DNA from: an uncultured Bacteroides sp.
GTDB taxonomy: Bacteria; Bacteroidota; Bacteroidia; Bacteroidales; Muribaculaceae
Assembly (NCBI GenBank): GCA_964651295.1
Contig: CAZYYV010000001.1
Coordinates: forward strand, 1-63,409
Direction of reading: 5' to 3'
DNA: 63,409 nucleotides
Part shown: positions 17,566 through 26,795 of the stretch, one piece after another
Layout: every line of letters starts with the position of its first letter
Numbering within the stretch: position 1 is the stretch's first letter
Program-made: the position numbers and the translations under genes
Notes under the pieces: model-generated
Told to the model about the DNA's origin: nothing
Databases searched by the model: none
Seen by the model: the letters and a program-made list of their open reading frames with translations, nothing else

Positions 17566-18807
17566 ATGATTTTCAACTATTACTCTTTTATTCGAAAAGT
17601 GCTAGTGATTGCCGTTATATATATAGTTACATCAATTGCAACGACAAGTTGCAACGATGACGATGAACCGACCACGACACCCGAACCGGTTCCGACAATC
17701 AACGATGCCGCGGCAATAACCAATAATGATAAGTTAGCGATGATTTATTCGCTTGTTGACCTTGAAGGTAGCGGCGGAAGATTTTATGAAATGTACTACA
17801 CGGTAGATTATAAACTTGATGAAGCATTAAACTATGGTATTGACGGAGCTGATAAATTGAATGAATTTGTCGCCGTAAAGCTCTTTGATAGGTTGCCGAA
17901 TATCAAAGCCACAACGTCATATAAAGCAGGTTGTAGTGCATTTGCTGCAACTGATATTAATACCGGAAACTTTCTTATGGGACGAAATTTCGATTTTAAT
18001 CATTTAATTAATGGAAATCGCATCCCGATTCCTGTTATTGCGGTGCATACAGCTCCTAAAGACGGTAAAAAATCAGTGTCGTTTGTCGACGGACTGATGG
18101 TTGGCTATACAAATGGGTTTTATAACGATAAGAAGAGTCTTGCTGATAAAGAATCGTCGGACCTTTCGTTGCTAATGGCTTTGCCGTACATGCTCCTTGA
18201 CGGTATTAATGAAGATGGATTTGCTGTCAGCGTATTGAAACTCGATGGAAAACCAACACGGCAGGAATATCCCGGTCGAAAAACAATTTTCACTACCGTT
18301 GCTATGCGTATGTTGCTCGACCGAGTTTCAACTGTCAAGCAAGCGGTGAAGATGCTCGACGAATATAATATGTGTATGGATAAAGACGAAGCAAGCTATC
18401 ACTTTTTTATGGCTGATGCGAGCGGAGATTATGCCATCGTTGAATACGTTGAAGCAAATCTTGATAAGAATCCTTGGAAGATGAAGGTTTTGACCGGAGA
18501 TGATGCGTATCGCTACGTTACTAATTTCTATGTTTCTCCCGAAATGGCAGATACCGAGCATGGAATTAATAAATCCGACCATGGAAAAGACAGATATAAC
18601 GATTTGACGAAACTCCTCAACGCATATAATTTCAAGATGACAAAAGAGCAGGCTATGCAAGCGCTTAGTGTGGTCGCTCAGGGGCCGGATGCTCAACGTT
18701 CGACTGGCTTTACTCAATGGTCGGAAGTGTTTGACCTTACTGAAAGAACTGTCAAAATGTCGATTCTTCGTGAGTATGACAAAATATTCTGGTTTACAGT
18801 GAAGTAG
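17566..18807 (+). CDS. Lipoprotein Ntn-hydrolase (choloylglycine hydrolase / acid-ceramidase-like amidase)
   Basis: Lipobox TTSC followed by acidic NDDDE; G|CSAF nucleophile, GRNFDF, LDGINEDG, VTNF, TQWS. Confidence 0.85.
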   Translation: MIFNYYSFIRKVLVIAVIYIVTSIATTSCNDDDEPTTTPEPVPTINDAAAITNNDKLAMIYSLVDLEGSGGRFYEMYYTVDYKLDEALNYGIDGADKLNEFVAVKLFDRLPNIKATTSYKAGCSAFAATDINTGNFLMGRNFDFNHLINGNRIPIPVIAVHTAPKDGKKSVSFVDGLMVGYTNGFYNDKKSLADKESSDLSLLMALPYMLLDGINEDGFAVSVLKLDGKPTRQEYPGRKTIFTTVAMRMLLDRVSTVKQAVKMLDEYNMCMDKDEASYHFFMADASGDYAIVEYVEANLDKNPWKMKVLTGDDAYRYVTNFYVSPEMADTEHGINKSDHGKDRYNDLTKLLNAYNFKMTKEQAMQALSVVAQGPDAQRSTGFTQWSEVFDLTERTVKMSILREYDKIFWFTVK

Positions 18808-18835
18808 CTTCGTTTTATGGAATTAGAATAGCGGC

Positions 18836-18927
18836 TTGTCAATTTGATAAAAAATTACTCAAACAACAAAAAACAACTTTTTTTGTTGTTAAGTCAACTC
18901 AGTTAGTATGACAACTGCATACTTTTG
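18836..18927 (+). promoter_or_regulatory. Operator + promoter, copy 2 (upstream of araC)
   Basis: Palindrome aacaacaaaaaa-N5-ttttttgttgtt; TACTTTTG box starts 84 nt after the block start. Confidence 0.75.
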
Positions 18928-19062
18928 CGTTGTGAACCTCAAAGGTATAACTAAAGAAGAATATAGACTAACCATTGTAACCAATATATAATTAGATGTT
19001 TTATAAGTGGCATAAGATAATGATGCATTTTGAATCCAATTAGACTACATTAGGGTTTCCAA

Positions 19063-19101
19063 GCCGCGAGGAGTCGACCGACTCTTCGCGGCGAACTTTT
19101 T
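19063..19101 (+). terminator. GC-rich hairpin + T-run immediately before the araC start
   Basis: gccgcgaggagtcg-ac-cgactcttcgcggc-gaac-ttttt. Confidence 0.7.
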
Positions 19102-19103
19102 CC

Positions 19104-20327
19104 ATGAACCATAATCCAAAAATCAGGATGATTATGTTGTTATTTCCGACTTTTTTAACGACCTTTGCTATCACCATTTACATAACATCTAATCTAGGAA
19201 TGAATTTCGATATATATAATGAGGCACTATGCGCGTCGTTGCCATTGATGCTCTTTTTCGGCTTTTATTTTTTGTTCGGAAAGACGTCAAATAAATCTAT
19301 CTTTGATAACTACCTCAAGTCGCGTCGTCGAATCGGTGTGGCTATGCTTCTTTTGTGTGCCAATTACATGGTGCATCTTTTTTACGGCATTCGTTTTAAA
19401 GATGTCGAAGCCGCGATTGTGATGAATCTAGCTACTTACTTTTTGTGTTATTGGTTGTTTAGCTCGGCATTGACCACATTGCTAAATCGATTCTATATCA
19501 CTCGTAAACGTGAGGTTTTACATGCAATTCTTGGAGGCGTATTTATTGTCTTAGCCATAATAGCATTGATATGTGCCCCTATGAGTGGAAGTCGATTAGC
19601 GTTGATTATGATTATGGCGTCGCTGTTATTGCTATATGGCATAGTGCTATCGGTTCGTCTGATGGTACTATATTACAGAGCCGAACGAATGTTTGAAAAT
19701 ACGCATTCAGATGATATCGGGGCTTACATCAGGTGGATGTCTAAATTCACCTATTGTATCCTTATATACGGAGTCGGGTGTGGATTGCTTACATTCTTGA
19801 ACGATGAATATGTATTTTGTTGGATACTTACGTCGATTCCGTTATATATCTACCTATTCTGTTGCTATCAGAACTATTTGTTATTCTACGAAAAGGTTGA
19901 GATGGCATTTATGCGAGAATTGCCAGAGGAAAAAGAACGACCATTCGTAGATGATGCTCTTGACACAACGACGGGAAAGAATTATCAGCCAGATTATTCG
20001 GATCTCGCTGAAAAAGTAAACAAGTGGATTTCGGAAAATAAATATATTACCCCCGGATTGACTATTAAAGATGTAGCCGACCAATTGCTTAGCAATCGTA
20101 CATACCTTTCCGGTTTTATAAGTTCTCGATATGGCATGACATTTCGTAATTGGGTAACAAATTTACGATTGGAATATTCAAAAAATTTGATGAGAGATTA
20201 TCCCGATAAGAAAATTACCGAAATTGCCGAGTTGTCGGGATTTATGTCGTTGAGTAATTATATGAAGAATTTCAGCGAAAAAGAGGGCTGTTCTCCGGCA
20301 AAATGGCGTAAAGCTCTGCGCGAATAG
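19104..20327 (+). CDS. Membrane-bound AraC-family regulator
   Basis: 6-7 N-terminal TM helices; C-terminal LTIKDVA..L.SNRTYLS, FRNWV..LR, IAELSGF, GCSPAKWR. Confidence 0.92.
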   Translation: MNHNPKIRMIMLLFPTFLTTFAITIYITSNLGMNFDIYNEALCASLPLMLFFGFYFLFGKTSNKSIFDNYLKSRRRIGVAMLLLCANYMVHLFYGIRFKDVEAAIVMNLATYFLCYWLFSSALTTLLNRFYITRKREVLHAILGGVFIVLAIIALICAPMSGSRLALIMIMASLLLLYGIVLSVRLMVLYYRAERMFENTHSDDIGAYIRWMSKFTYCILIYGVGCGLLTFLNDEYVFCWILTSIPLYIYLFCCYQNYLLFYEKVEMAFMRELPEEKERPFVDDALDTTTGKNYQPDYSDLAEKVNKWISENKYITPGLTIKDVADQLLSNRTYLSGFISSRYGMTFRNWVTNLRLEYSKNLMRDYPDKKITEIAELSGFMSLSNYMKNFSEKEGCSPAKWRKALRE

Positions 20328-20409
20328 TAATGTATTTTTAGTAAAAAATGCTAAAGGGTTTGGACTCTGACGTCTTTTTCGTAACTTTGACGAGAAATCA
20401 ACATGACCT

Positions 20410-20976
20410 ATGGCAGAAACAAAAGAAATAGAGTTGCTAGTAGAGCAGTTGCGCGATCCGTCGATGGTGCGTAGCGCTTTCAGTCGTGTTGTAAAGATGT
20501 TTAGCGAACAGTTGTATTGGCAAATTCGCCGCATGGTCGGGTCGCACGATGATGCAAATGATTTGCTTCAGAATACTTTTCTGAAGGCGTGGGGCTCTTT
20601 AGAGTTATTTCGAGGCGATGCTAAACTGTCGACATGGCTATATAAAATAGCAATTAATGAGAGTCTTAGTTTTCTTGAACGTGAACGCAAGCGTAGCTCC
20701 CTCTCGCTAGATGCCGATGATGAAGGCGCAGCCGCAGCCGCGGCAACGATAACTGCTGAAGAAGGCATCGTTGATGGCGAGGAATTGGCTGCCAAGTTGC
20801 GTGCTGCTGTGGCTACGTTGCCCGATAAGCAACGGTTGGTGTTCAATATGAAGTACTACGATGATATGAAGTACGAAGATATGTCGGAGATATTAGGCAC
20901 ATCCGTCGGTGCATTGAAAGCCTCATATCACTTGGCGACAAAGAAAATTGAGCAATTTTTTGAGAATGACGATTAA
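20410..20976 (+). CDS. ECF sigma-70 factor
   Basis: DANDLLQNTFLKAW, LSTWLYKIAIN, LPDKQRLVF, YEDMSEILGTSVGALK. Confidence 0.95.
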   Translation: MAETKEIELLVEQLRDPSMVRSAFSRVVKMFSEQLYWQIRRMVGSHDDANDLLQNTFLKAWGSLELFRGDAKLSTWLYKIAINESLSFLERERKRSSLSLDADDEGAAAAAATITAEEGIVDGEELAAKLRAAVATLPDKQRLVFNMKYYDDMKYEDMSEILGTSVGALKASYHLATKKIEQFFENDD

Positions 20977-21026
20977 ACCTTAAGTCGTTTTTTAAGTCAA
21001 AATAGCAAATAATTCTGAAATCTTAT

Positions 21027-21524
21027 ATGGTAAACCCTAAAGATAGCATACTCGAGCAAGCTCGTCGCGCCGGTGTCGCCAAGCCATCAGCAGGATTGAC
21101 AGTCCCTGAAGGATACTTTGATGATTTCTGCGCAGAGCTAGAGCAATCGCTGCCCGAGCGGCCCGAAATCGAGATTGCCGGATATGCCGAAGAGCAGGAA
21201 GCTCCTCGCACTTTGTGGCAAAAAGTGAGGGCGTATGTGTATATGGCAGCGATGTTTGCCGGTATCTGGTGTATGCTTCAGATGTTTGCATCGATTGGTA
21301 GTTTCGGATCTCTACAGCCAATGAGCGATAATCCCGTTCTAGCGAAAGCGCTTGCAAGCGATGCATTTATGCAAGATTATATCTACGATGACCTTAATGC
21401 ATGGGAATTGGTAGATGAAATGATAGACGATGGCTCTATCAATGAAGACGGTGAGTTTCTCGAACAAGAACCAGAATTTAAAACAGATACCGAAAGCGTA
21501 TCCGACTATATACTCCCTGAATAG
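21027..21524 (+). CDS. Putative anti-sigma factor (single TM)
   Basis: VPEGYFDDF motif, one TM (YVYMAAMFAGIW), directly downstream of the ECF gene. Confidence 0.7.
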   Translation: MVNPKDSILEQARRAGVAKPSAGLTVPEGYFDDFCAELEQSLPERPEIEIAGYAEEQEAPRTLWQKVRAYVYMAAMFAGIWCMLQMFASIGSFGSLQPMSDNPVLAKALASDAFMQDYIYDDLNAWELVDEMIDDGSINEDGEFLEQEPEFKTDTESVSDYILPE

Positions 21525-21543
21525 TATCATTATATATTAAACT

Positions 21544-22020
21544 GTGATGACATCTCCAAAGATTCGATATATTGTTGCATTTGCTATCCTATTTGTGATA
21601 TCAAGTTTTGGTCGTGTGGCAGCTCAACAGCCGCTTAATGAAGGCGACCGTACACGTGCTTTAGCAGAAATGCGTGCTTATAAACACGAAGTACTTGCAG
21701 AAGTGCTCGAGTTGACAGACGAACAGAAAGAGCCATTCTTTGCTGTCTATGATGAGATGGATGCCAAACTCGTGCAGATCAATAATGAGACTCGCGAGTT
21801 GGAACGCAAGGTGATAGCTGATGACGCCGCTTCGGATACAGAAGTTGAAGCTGCGGTATTGGCTATTTTCTCGCAGAAAGAGCGTGAAGGCAAACTTGAA
21901 ATGGAGTATCTTGAAAAATTAAAAGAAACCATCTCTCCTCGTCAATTGCTCAAACTCAAAAATGCAGAGAAATTATTTACTCAGAAACTAATCCGTCAGC
22001 ATCGTCGCATACGAAAGTAA
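21544..22020 (+). CDS. Secreted helical protein, Spy/CpxP-like
   Basis: Signal peptide; LELTDEQKEPF and ISPRQ motifs; third gene of the ECF operon. Confidence 0.65.
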   Translation: MMTSPKIRYIVAFAILFVISSFGRVAAQQPLNEGDRTRALAEMRAYKHEVLAEVLELTDEQKEPFFAVYDEMDAKLVQINNETRELERKVIADDAASDTEVEAAVLAIFSQKEREGKLEMEYLEKLKETISPRQLLKLKNAEKLFTQKLIRQHRRIRK

Positions 22021-22059
22021 GATGATGCAATGAAATAAACGATAACGCAAACGAACGAC

Positions 22060-22839
22060 ATGTCCGTCCGTCCACCATCAGAAACACTTCAAACGGCATT
22101 AGATGCCGGACTTTCGAAATTACAATCGCGCACCCTGCCCAAGCTGTTGGTCGCCGGAATATTAGCCGGAGCCTACATAGCTCTCGGTGGGGTTCTTTCT
22201 ATTATTATTGGATATGGTTTTCCGGGTATAACGGCAGAAAATCCCGGGTTGCAGCGTCTCCTGAGCGGTATGGTGTTCCCTATCGGGCTTATGCTTGTAG
22301 TGATACTCGGGGCCGACCTTTTCACCGGAAATAACGCGTTGCTGATGCCCCCGCTTATAAAAGGACGAACAAGTATATGGGACGTGTTGCGCAACTGGAC
22401 GCTCGTTTGGCTTACCAATTTTATAGGATGTCTTGCTGTAGCATATTTTCTTGTCTACTTAACGGGATTATGCGCATCAGGACCATATCCGGCAGCAATT
22501 GAGGCGATAGCTGTAGCAAAAACAACGGCTTCGCCGTGGGTTGTTTTTCTTAAAGGCATAGGTGCTAATTGGTGTGTTTGCTTGGCTGTTTGGTTGGCTC
22601 TTAGTGGGAAACATCTTGGCGAAAAGCTCCTTGCGTGCGAAATCCCTGTTATGGCATTCGTTGCTCTTGGTTTTGAACACTGTATAGCAAATATGTTCTT
22701 TATACCGCTTGCTATAATGCAGGGCGCCGATATATCGATTGTCGATATGTTTGTTGCTAATCTACTGCCTGCAACGATTGGAAATATCGTGGGTGGAGCG
22801 CTGTTTGTTGGTGTAGCCCATACCTATCTAAATAGTTAA
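22060..22839 (+). CDS. Formate/nitrite transporter (FNT)
   Basis: GADLFTGN, GIGANWCVCLA, GFEHCIANM, GNIVGG. Confidence 0.95.
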   Translation: MSVRPPSETLQTALDAGLSKLQSRTLPKLLVAGILAGAYIALGGVLSIIIGYGFPGITAENPGLQRLLSGMVFPIGLMLVVILGADLFTGNNALLMPPLIKGRTSIWDVLRNWTLVWLTNFIGCLAVAYFLVYLTGLCASGPYPAAIEAIAVAKTTASPWVVFLKGIGANWCVCLAVWLALSGKHLGEKLLACEIPVMAFVALGFEHCIANMFFIPLAIMQGADISIVDMFVANLLPATIGNIVGGALFVGVAHTYLNS

Positions 22840-22841
22840 GG

Positions 22842-23534
22842 TTAGTAGCCCATGAGACTGAGAATCAAAGGTGTAAGTAGAGCAGTAAAAAGACCGTTAA
22901 TGGTCAATCCTAGCGAAGAGAATGCGCCGTAGCGGTCGCTTCGTTCCATTGCAACAGAAGTTCCGACGGCGTGTGCGGCAGTGCCAATCGAAAGTCCTCC
23001 TGCAATAGGACTCTTTACGCGGCTATATCGTAAAATGTGAAAACCAGTTATGCCACCGAAGATGCCGGTAGATACCACAACGGCGGCGGTTAGTGGAGGT
23101 ATACCACCAACAACAGATGCAATTTCCATAGCAATGGGAGTTGTTACTGCTTTCGGTGCAAGCGACATAATCACTTCGTGGCTCGCGCCAAGTAGTTTGG
23201 CAATCAAAACAACCGATACGATGCCACTAATGCATCCGGCAAGTTCGGCTAATATAAGCGGTAGAATCTGTTTCTTAATGGTAGATAATTGCTTGTAGAG
23301 AGGTACGCCGAGTGCTACGACAGCCGGTTTTAGCCAAAAATCGATGTATTCGCCGCCTGCTTGGTAAGTGGCGTAGTCGATGTTGAAAATCGATAAAAAT
23401 ACAATCATGCAGGCAATTGTGAGAAGTATGGGATTGAGCAGTCGAATACCTGTATGGCGTTGTAATCTTTGTGCACCAACGTAAATCGCAAACGTCAATG
23501 CTATAAGGAAATATTTGTTAGTAATAAAATCCAT
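22842..23534 (-). CDS. lrgB: LrgB-family membrane protein
   Basis: PAVVALGVPLY, SLAPKAVTTPIA, AHAVGT; start ATG 23534. Confidence 0.93.
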   Translation of the reverse strand: MDFITNKYFLIALTFAIYVGAQRLQRHTGIRLLNPILLTIACMIVFLSIFNIDYATYQAGGEYIDFWLKPAVVALGVPLYKQLSTIKKQILPLILAELAGCISGIVSVVLIAKLLGASHEVIMSLAPKAVTTPIAMEIASVVGGIPPLTAAVVVSTGIFGGITGFHILRYSRVKSPIAGGLSIGTAAHAVGTSVAMERSDRYGAFSSLGLTINGLFTALLTPLILSLMGY

Positions 23535-23542
23535 TTTTTCGA

Positions 23543-23893
23543 TTATCTGCGGTTTGCAATAGCTTTGCGTACCCATTGATGAACACGTCCGGTGATTGCC
23601 ATGATTATTATAGTGCTCCCGACCGAAGCTCCAACGATAGGCACCCATTGGTCGGCGATAAAACCTAGGTAGTTGATAAGTCCGACACCGGCAGGAACAA
23701 AAAAGAAACCGAGGTTGTGCACTAAAAAGCTCGATAAAGCATCTACTTGATGCAGTTTTACGATTCGGAAATGAAGCGAAACCGTAAGCAGAAGCATTCC
23801 TATAATGCTAGACGGAAATGGAAAACCCGTACATTTTACAATAAATTCGCCGATAGCGAGGAATCCCATAAGGATTCCGAATTGCAGTATCAT
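23543..23893 (-). CDS. lrgA: CidA/LrgA-family holin-like protein
   Basis: PSSIIGMLLL, FFFVPAGVG; upstream of lrgB. Confidence 0.93.
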   Translation of the reverse strand: MILQFGILMGFLAIGEFIVKCTGFPFPSSIIGMLLLTVSLHFRIVKLHQVDALSSFLVHNLGFFFVPAGVGLINYLGFIADQWVPIVGASVGSTIIIMAITGRVHQWVRKAIANRR

Positions 23894-24021
23894 AAATCTT
23901 GATATAAAGACAATAAAAATGACAATCCATAAAAGCTATACTTTCCATGGATTGTCGAAATGTGTCGCAAAGTTAACCACTTCATCCGATTTATCCAAAA
24001 AATAAACCGGGAAGTGTGCGA

Positions 24022-24396
24022 TTAGCGAACTGCGATAACTTCTATTTCAACCAAAACGCCTTTTGGAAGTTCGCGAACGGCAACAGCCGAGCGAGCGGGG
24101 TAGGGTTCGGTGAATACTTTGCCGTATACTTCGTTCATGGCGCCGAAGTTTGCCATATCAGAGAGGAATACAGTGGTCTTAACAACGTTGGCTACAGTGA
24201 GTCCGGCAGCGTCAAGAATAGCACAAACGTTAGCAAGCGATTGTTCGGTCTGTGCTGTAATGCCTTCGGGAATTTCGCCGGTTGCGGGATTCAAAGGAAT
24301 TTGACCAGAAGCGTAAACAAACGAACCTGTGTCGATAGCTTGGCTGTAAGGGCCGATAGCGCCTGGAGCTGCTGTGGTAGCGATTACTTTTTTCAT
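24022..24396 (-). CDS. ridA: RidA (YjgF/YER057c/UK114) enamine deaminase
   Basis: APGAIGPYSQA, SGQIP, PARSAV, VEIEVIA. Confidence 0.95.
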   Translation of the reverse strand: MKKVIATTAAPGAIGPYSQAIDTGSFVYASGQIPLNPATGEIPEGITAQTEQSLANVCAILDAAGLTVANVVKTTVFLSDMANFGAMNEVYGKVFTEPYPARSAVAVRELPKGVLVEIEVIAVR

Positions 24397-24404
24397 CGTG
24401 ATGA

Positions 24405-25790
24405 TTAGTGTTTGGGTTGTTGTTGTGAATCGGCATCGTCGACTGGTAGTAGCTGTGAAATGAGCATATTGCCGGCGATGTCGTTGAATTTATGTTCTAT
24501 TTGATTATATGCAGATACTACGTGGTCGAATCTTTGCCCAAAATGAGGTATGAAATTCGAAGCACCGAGAGTGTATAGTCTTTCGGCAAGAGAGCCGATA
24601 GTAAAAGTAGATGGATCAACAGCCAACTGAAAACCGTATACTTCCTTTTCTCCGGGTATCAAGACTCGATTGAATATCGAAGCGGCGCATAGGCGGTCGG
24701 TGATTCCTGTTACTAATCGTGCCGGGAAATCGTAATAGTTCATCAAATCGCGAGCAGAGGCTGGCTCTTTGCCTTCGATAAAACGTCGAGTAACTAAAGC
24801 TGTGATTGCGAGTGTAACTTGCCCTTCATATCGCTTAGAGATGCCGGCTACTTCTCGGTCGAGATTAAAGGCGAATACGTTTTGCGATGAATAGCATATC
24901 ACAGCACCTGCGAGGCATATTACCCATACCAATTGTAACCAAAGCAACATTAGTGGCAAGAATGCAAACGAACCATAGATAGCGTTATATTTCGTTACGT
25001 ATACAGTACCGGAAATAAAAAGCCATTGGAGTATCAAGAAGCCAGTGCCGGCTATTATGCCGGAGACGAATGCGTTGGTGAATTTTACTTTAGTGTTAGG
25101 TATTAAGATATATACAGCTGTAAAGAAGAGAAATGTCATTAATACCTTCGCTGATTCGAGCATGATGCTTATTAAGGGCGTCATGAATTCGAATTTGAAA
25201 ATTGTGTTTAGCGTCGAGCTAAGCAATATCGAAATACCGCTCGAACAGAGCATCAAAACCGGCAATATCAGCATCATGGCAGTGTAGTCGCTGATTTTGC
25301 GCCAAATGCTACGTCCGGCTTTCTGTCCCCAAATGAAGTTGAATGTATCTTCGACATTACCGAGAAGGGATATCAATGTATAAATGAGGAACACAATTCC
25401 AACTCCTAAGAAAATGCCACCGGATGCTTGCTCAAGGTACATATCTACGAAGTTCATGGCGTATTTAATAGCCGTCGCTTGAGCCGGGAAAAGCTTGTAT
25501 AACTCTTCTTTTAGTACTGATTGCATACCAAAACCGCGGCCAATGGCTAGAAGAAGAGCTAGAGCCGGTACGATGGCAAGCATTGTGCGGTAAGTCATGG
25601 CGCATGCTTGAGTCTGGATGTCGCGGTTGAGAAAGGATTTAATCGAGAGATTGATGGTACGCAGGCCGTTGAGCCACCACAAACGACGTGTGTCGCTCCA
25701 GATTCCCGTGCAGACATAAGCACACAACGCCTTGGTAGATTCAACAAGGTGTCGGATTCCTAACGTGTGCTTGATAGGCTGTTTGTTCAT
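24405..25790 (-). CDS. YihY/BrkB-family membrane protein
   Basis: AMTYRTMLAIVP, EDTFNFIW, YNAIYGSFAFLP. Confidence 0.9.
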   Translation of the reverse strand: MNKQPIKHTLGIRHLVESTKALCAYVCTGIWSDTRRLWWLNGLRTINLSIKSFLNRDIQTQACAMTYRTMLAIVPALALLLAIGRGFGMQSVLKEELYKLFPAQATAIKYAMNFVDMYLEQASGGIFLGVGIVFLIYTLISLLGNVEDTFNFIWGQKAGRSIWRKISDYTAMMLILPVLMLCSSGISILLSSTLNTIFKFEFMTPLISIMLESAKVLMTFLFFTAVYILIPNTKVKFTNAFVSGIIAGTGFLILQWLFISGTVYVTKYNAIYGSFAFLPLMLLWLQLVWVICLAGAVICYSSQNVFAFNLDREVAGISKRYEGQVTLAITALVTRRFIEGKEPASARDLMNYYDFPARLVTGITDRLCAASIFNRVLIPGEKEVYGFQLAVDPSTFTIGSLAERLYTLGASNFIPHFGQRFDHVVSAYNQIEHKFNDIAGNMLISQLLPVDDADSQQQPKH

Positions 25791-25936
25791 TGTACGGGAG
25801 TTTCGTTAAGGCAAAGTTAATGCAAATCGAGAGTATAAACAACAAACTTGCTCAAAAAAGAGAAATTCCTTACTAAAAAAATTGAACAATCTATTTTTTC
25901 TCGCTACCTTTGCAGAAGAAAAGCACGCGCGCTTAA

Positions 25937-26794
25937 ATGGAATTAAAACCTATATCACAAACAACTGCTTTGCCCAATACGGCTTCCGACGCTAAAAAGT
26001 ATCGTCTTGGAGTAGCGTTAAGTGGGGGTGGTGCCAGAGGTATCGCTCACGCAGGTGCGTTGTTGGCTATCGAGCACGCCGGATATACGCCCGAAGTGGT
26101 GGCCGGAGTAAGTGCCGGTTCGGTTGTCGCTGTGCTTTATTCAGCCGGAATTCGTCCGATTCAAATTGCTGAGATGTTTGCGACTACCGGTTTCCGTGAT
26201 TTTGCAAATGTTAGTTTTGGTGGTGGCGGATTGTTTGATATCGAGAAGTTTAAGAACTTTATTATGCGCCGCATTGGTAAGTATCGTAATATCGAAGATC
26301 TACCGATACCTACATATATTTGCGCCACCGATCTCGATCATGCTTGCCCGGTAGCCTTCGATAGTGGAGCTATTGGTCCGCGAATGATTGCATCGTGCTC
26401 AATTCCGATTGTATTTCGCCCGGTTGTTATCAATGGAGTTCACTACGTAGATGGAGGCGTGCTTCGCAATCATCCCGCATGGGTGCTCCGAGATAAATGT
26501 GAAACCTTGATAGGTGTAAATGTTAGTCCGCTCAAACCGGCAGAGGACTATAATTCAATAATCTCGGTAGCTATGCGCACGTATAACTTGATGGCAAAAG
26601 CCAATCAGGTTGCCGATATGGCGATTTGTGATGTGTCGGTATCGACTCCCGAGATTGTCAATAACGCTGTTTTCAGCCTCAAAAATATTAAAGAATTATT
26701 CCTCGCCGGCTACTTTAACACTCGAAACGCTCTTATTGACGCTAATATGTGGAAAGTTGCCGATGATCTAAATAACGCTCAATTACCTCGTTGA
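25937..26794 (+). CDS. Patatin-like phospholipase
   Basis: GGGARG, GVSAG nucleophile, DGG. Confidence 0.95.
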   Translation: MELKPISQTTALPNTASDAKKYRLGVALSGGGARGIAHAGALLAIEHAGYTPEVVAGVSAGSVVAVLYSAGIRPIQIAEMFATTGFRDFANVSFGGGGLFDIEKFKNFIMRRIGKYRNIEDLPIPTYICATDLDHACPVAFDSGAIGPRMIASCSIPIVFRPVVINGVHYVDGGVLRNHPAWVLRDKCETLIGVNVSPLKPAEDYNSIISVAMRTYNLMAKANQVADMAICDVSVSTPEIVNNAVFSLKNIKELFLAGYFNTRNALIDANMWKVADDLNNAQLPR

Positions 26795-26795
26795 T

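Noticed and set aside
20725-20760. Poly-Ala run in the ECF sigma factor
   Set aside because: Lies in the variable linker between regions 2 and 4 with mixed codons; not a phase-variable tract
22842-23893. lrgA/lrgB plus the integrase as a prophage remnant
   Set aside because: LrgAB are ordinary chromosomal genes; no structural or replication phage genes lie nearby
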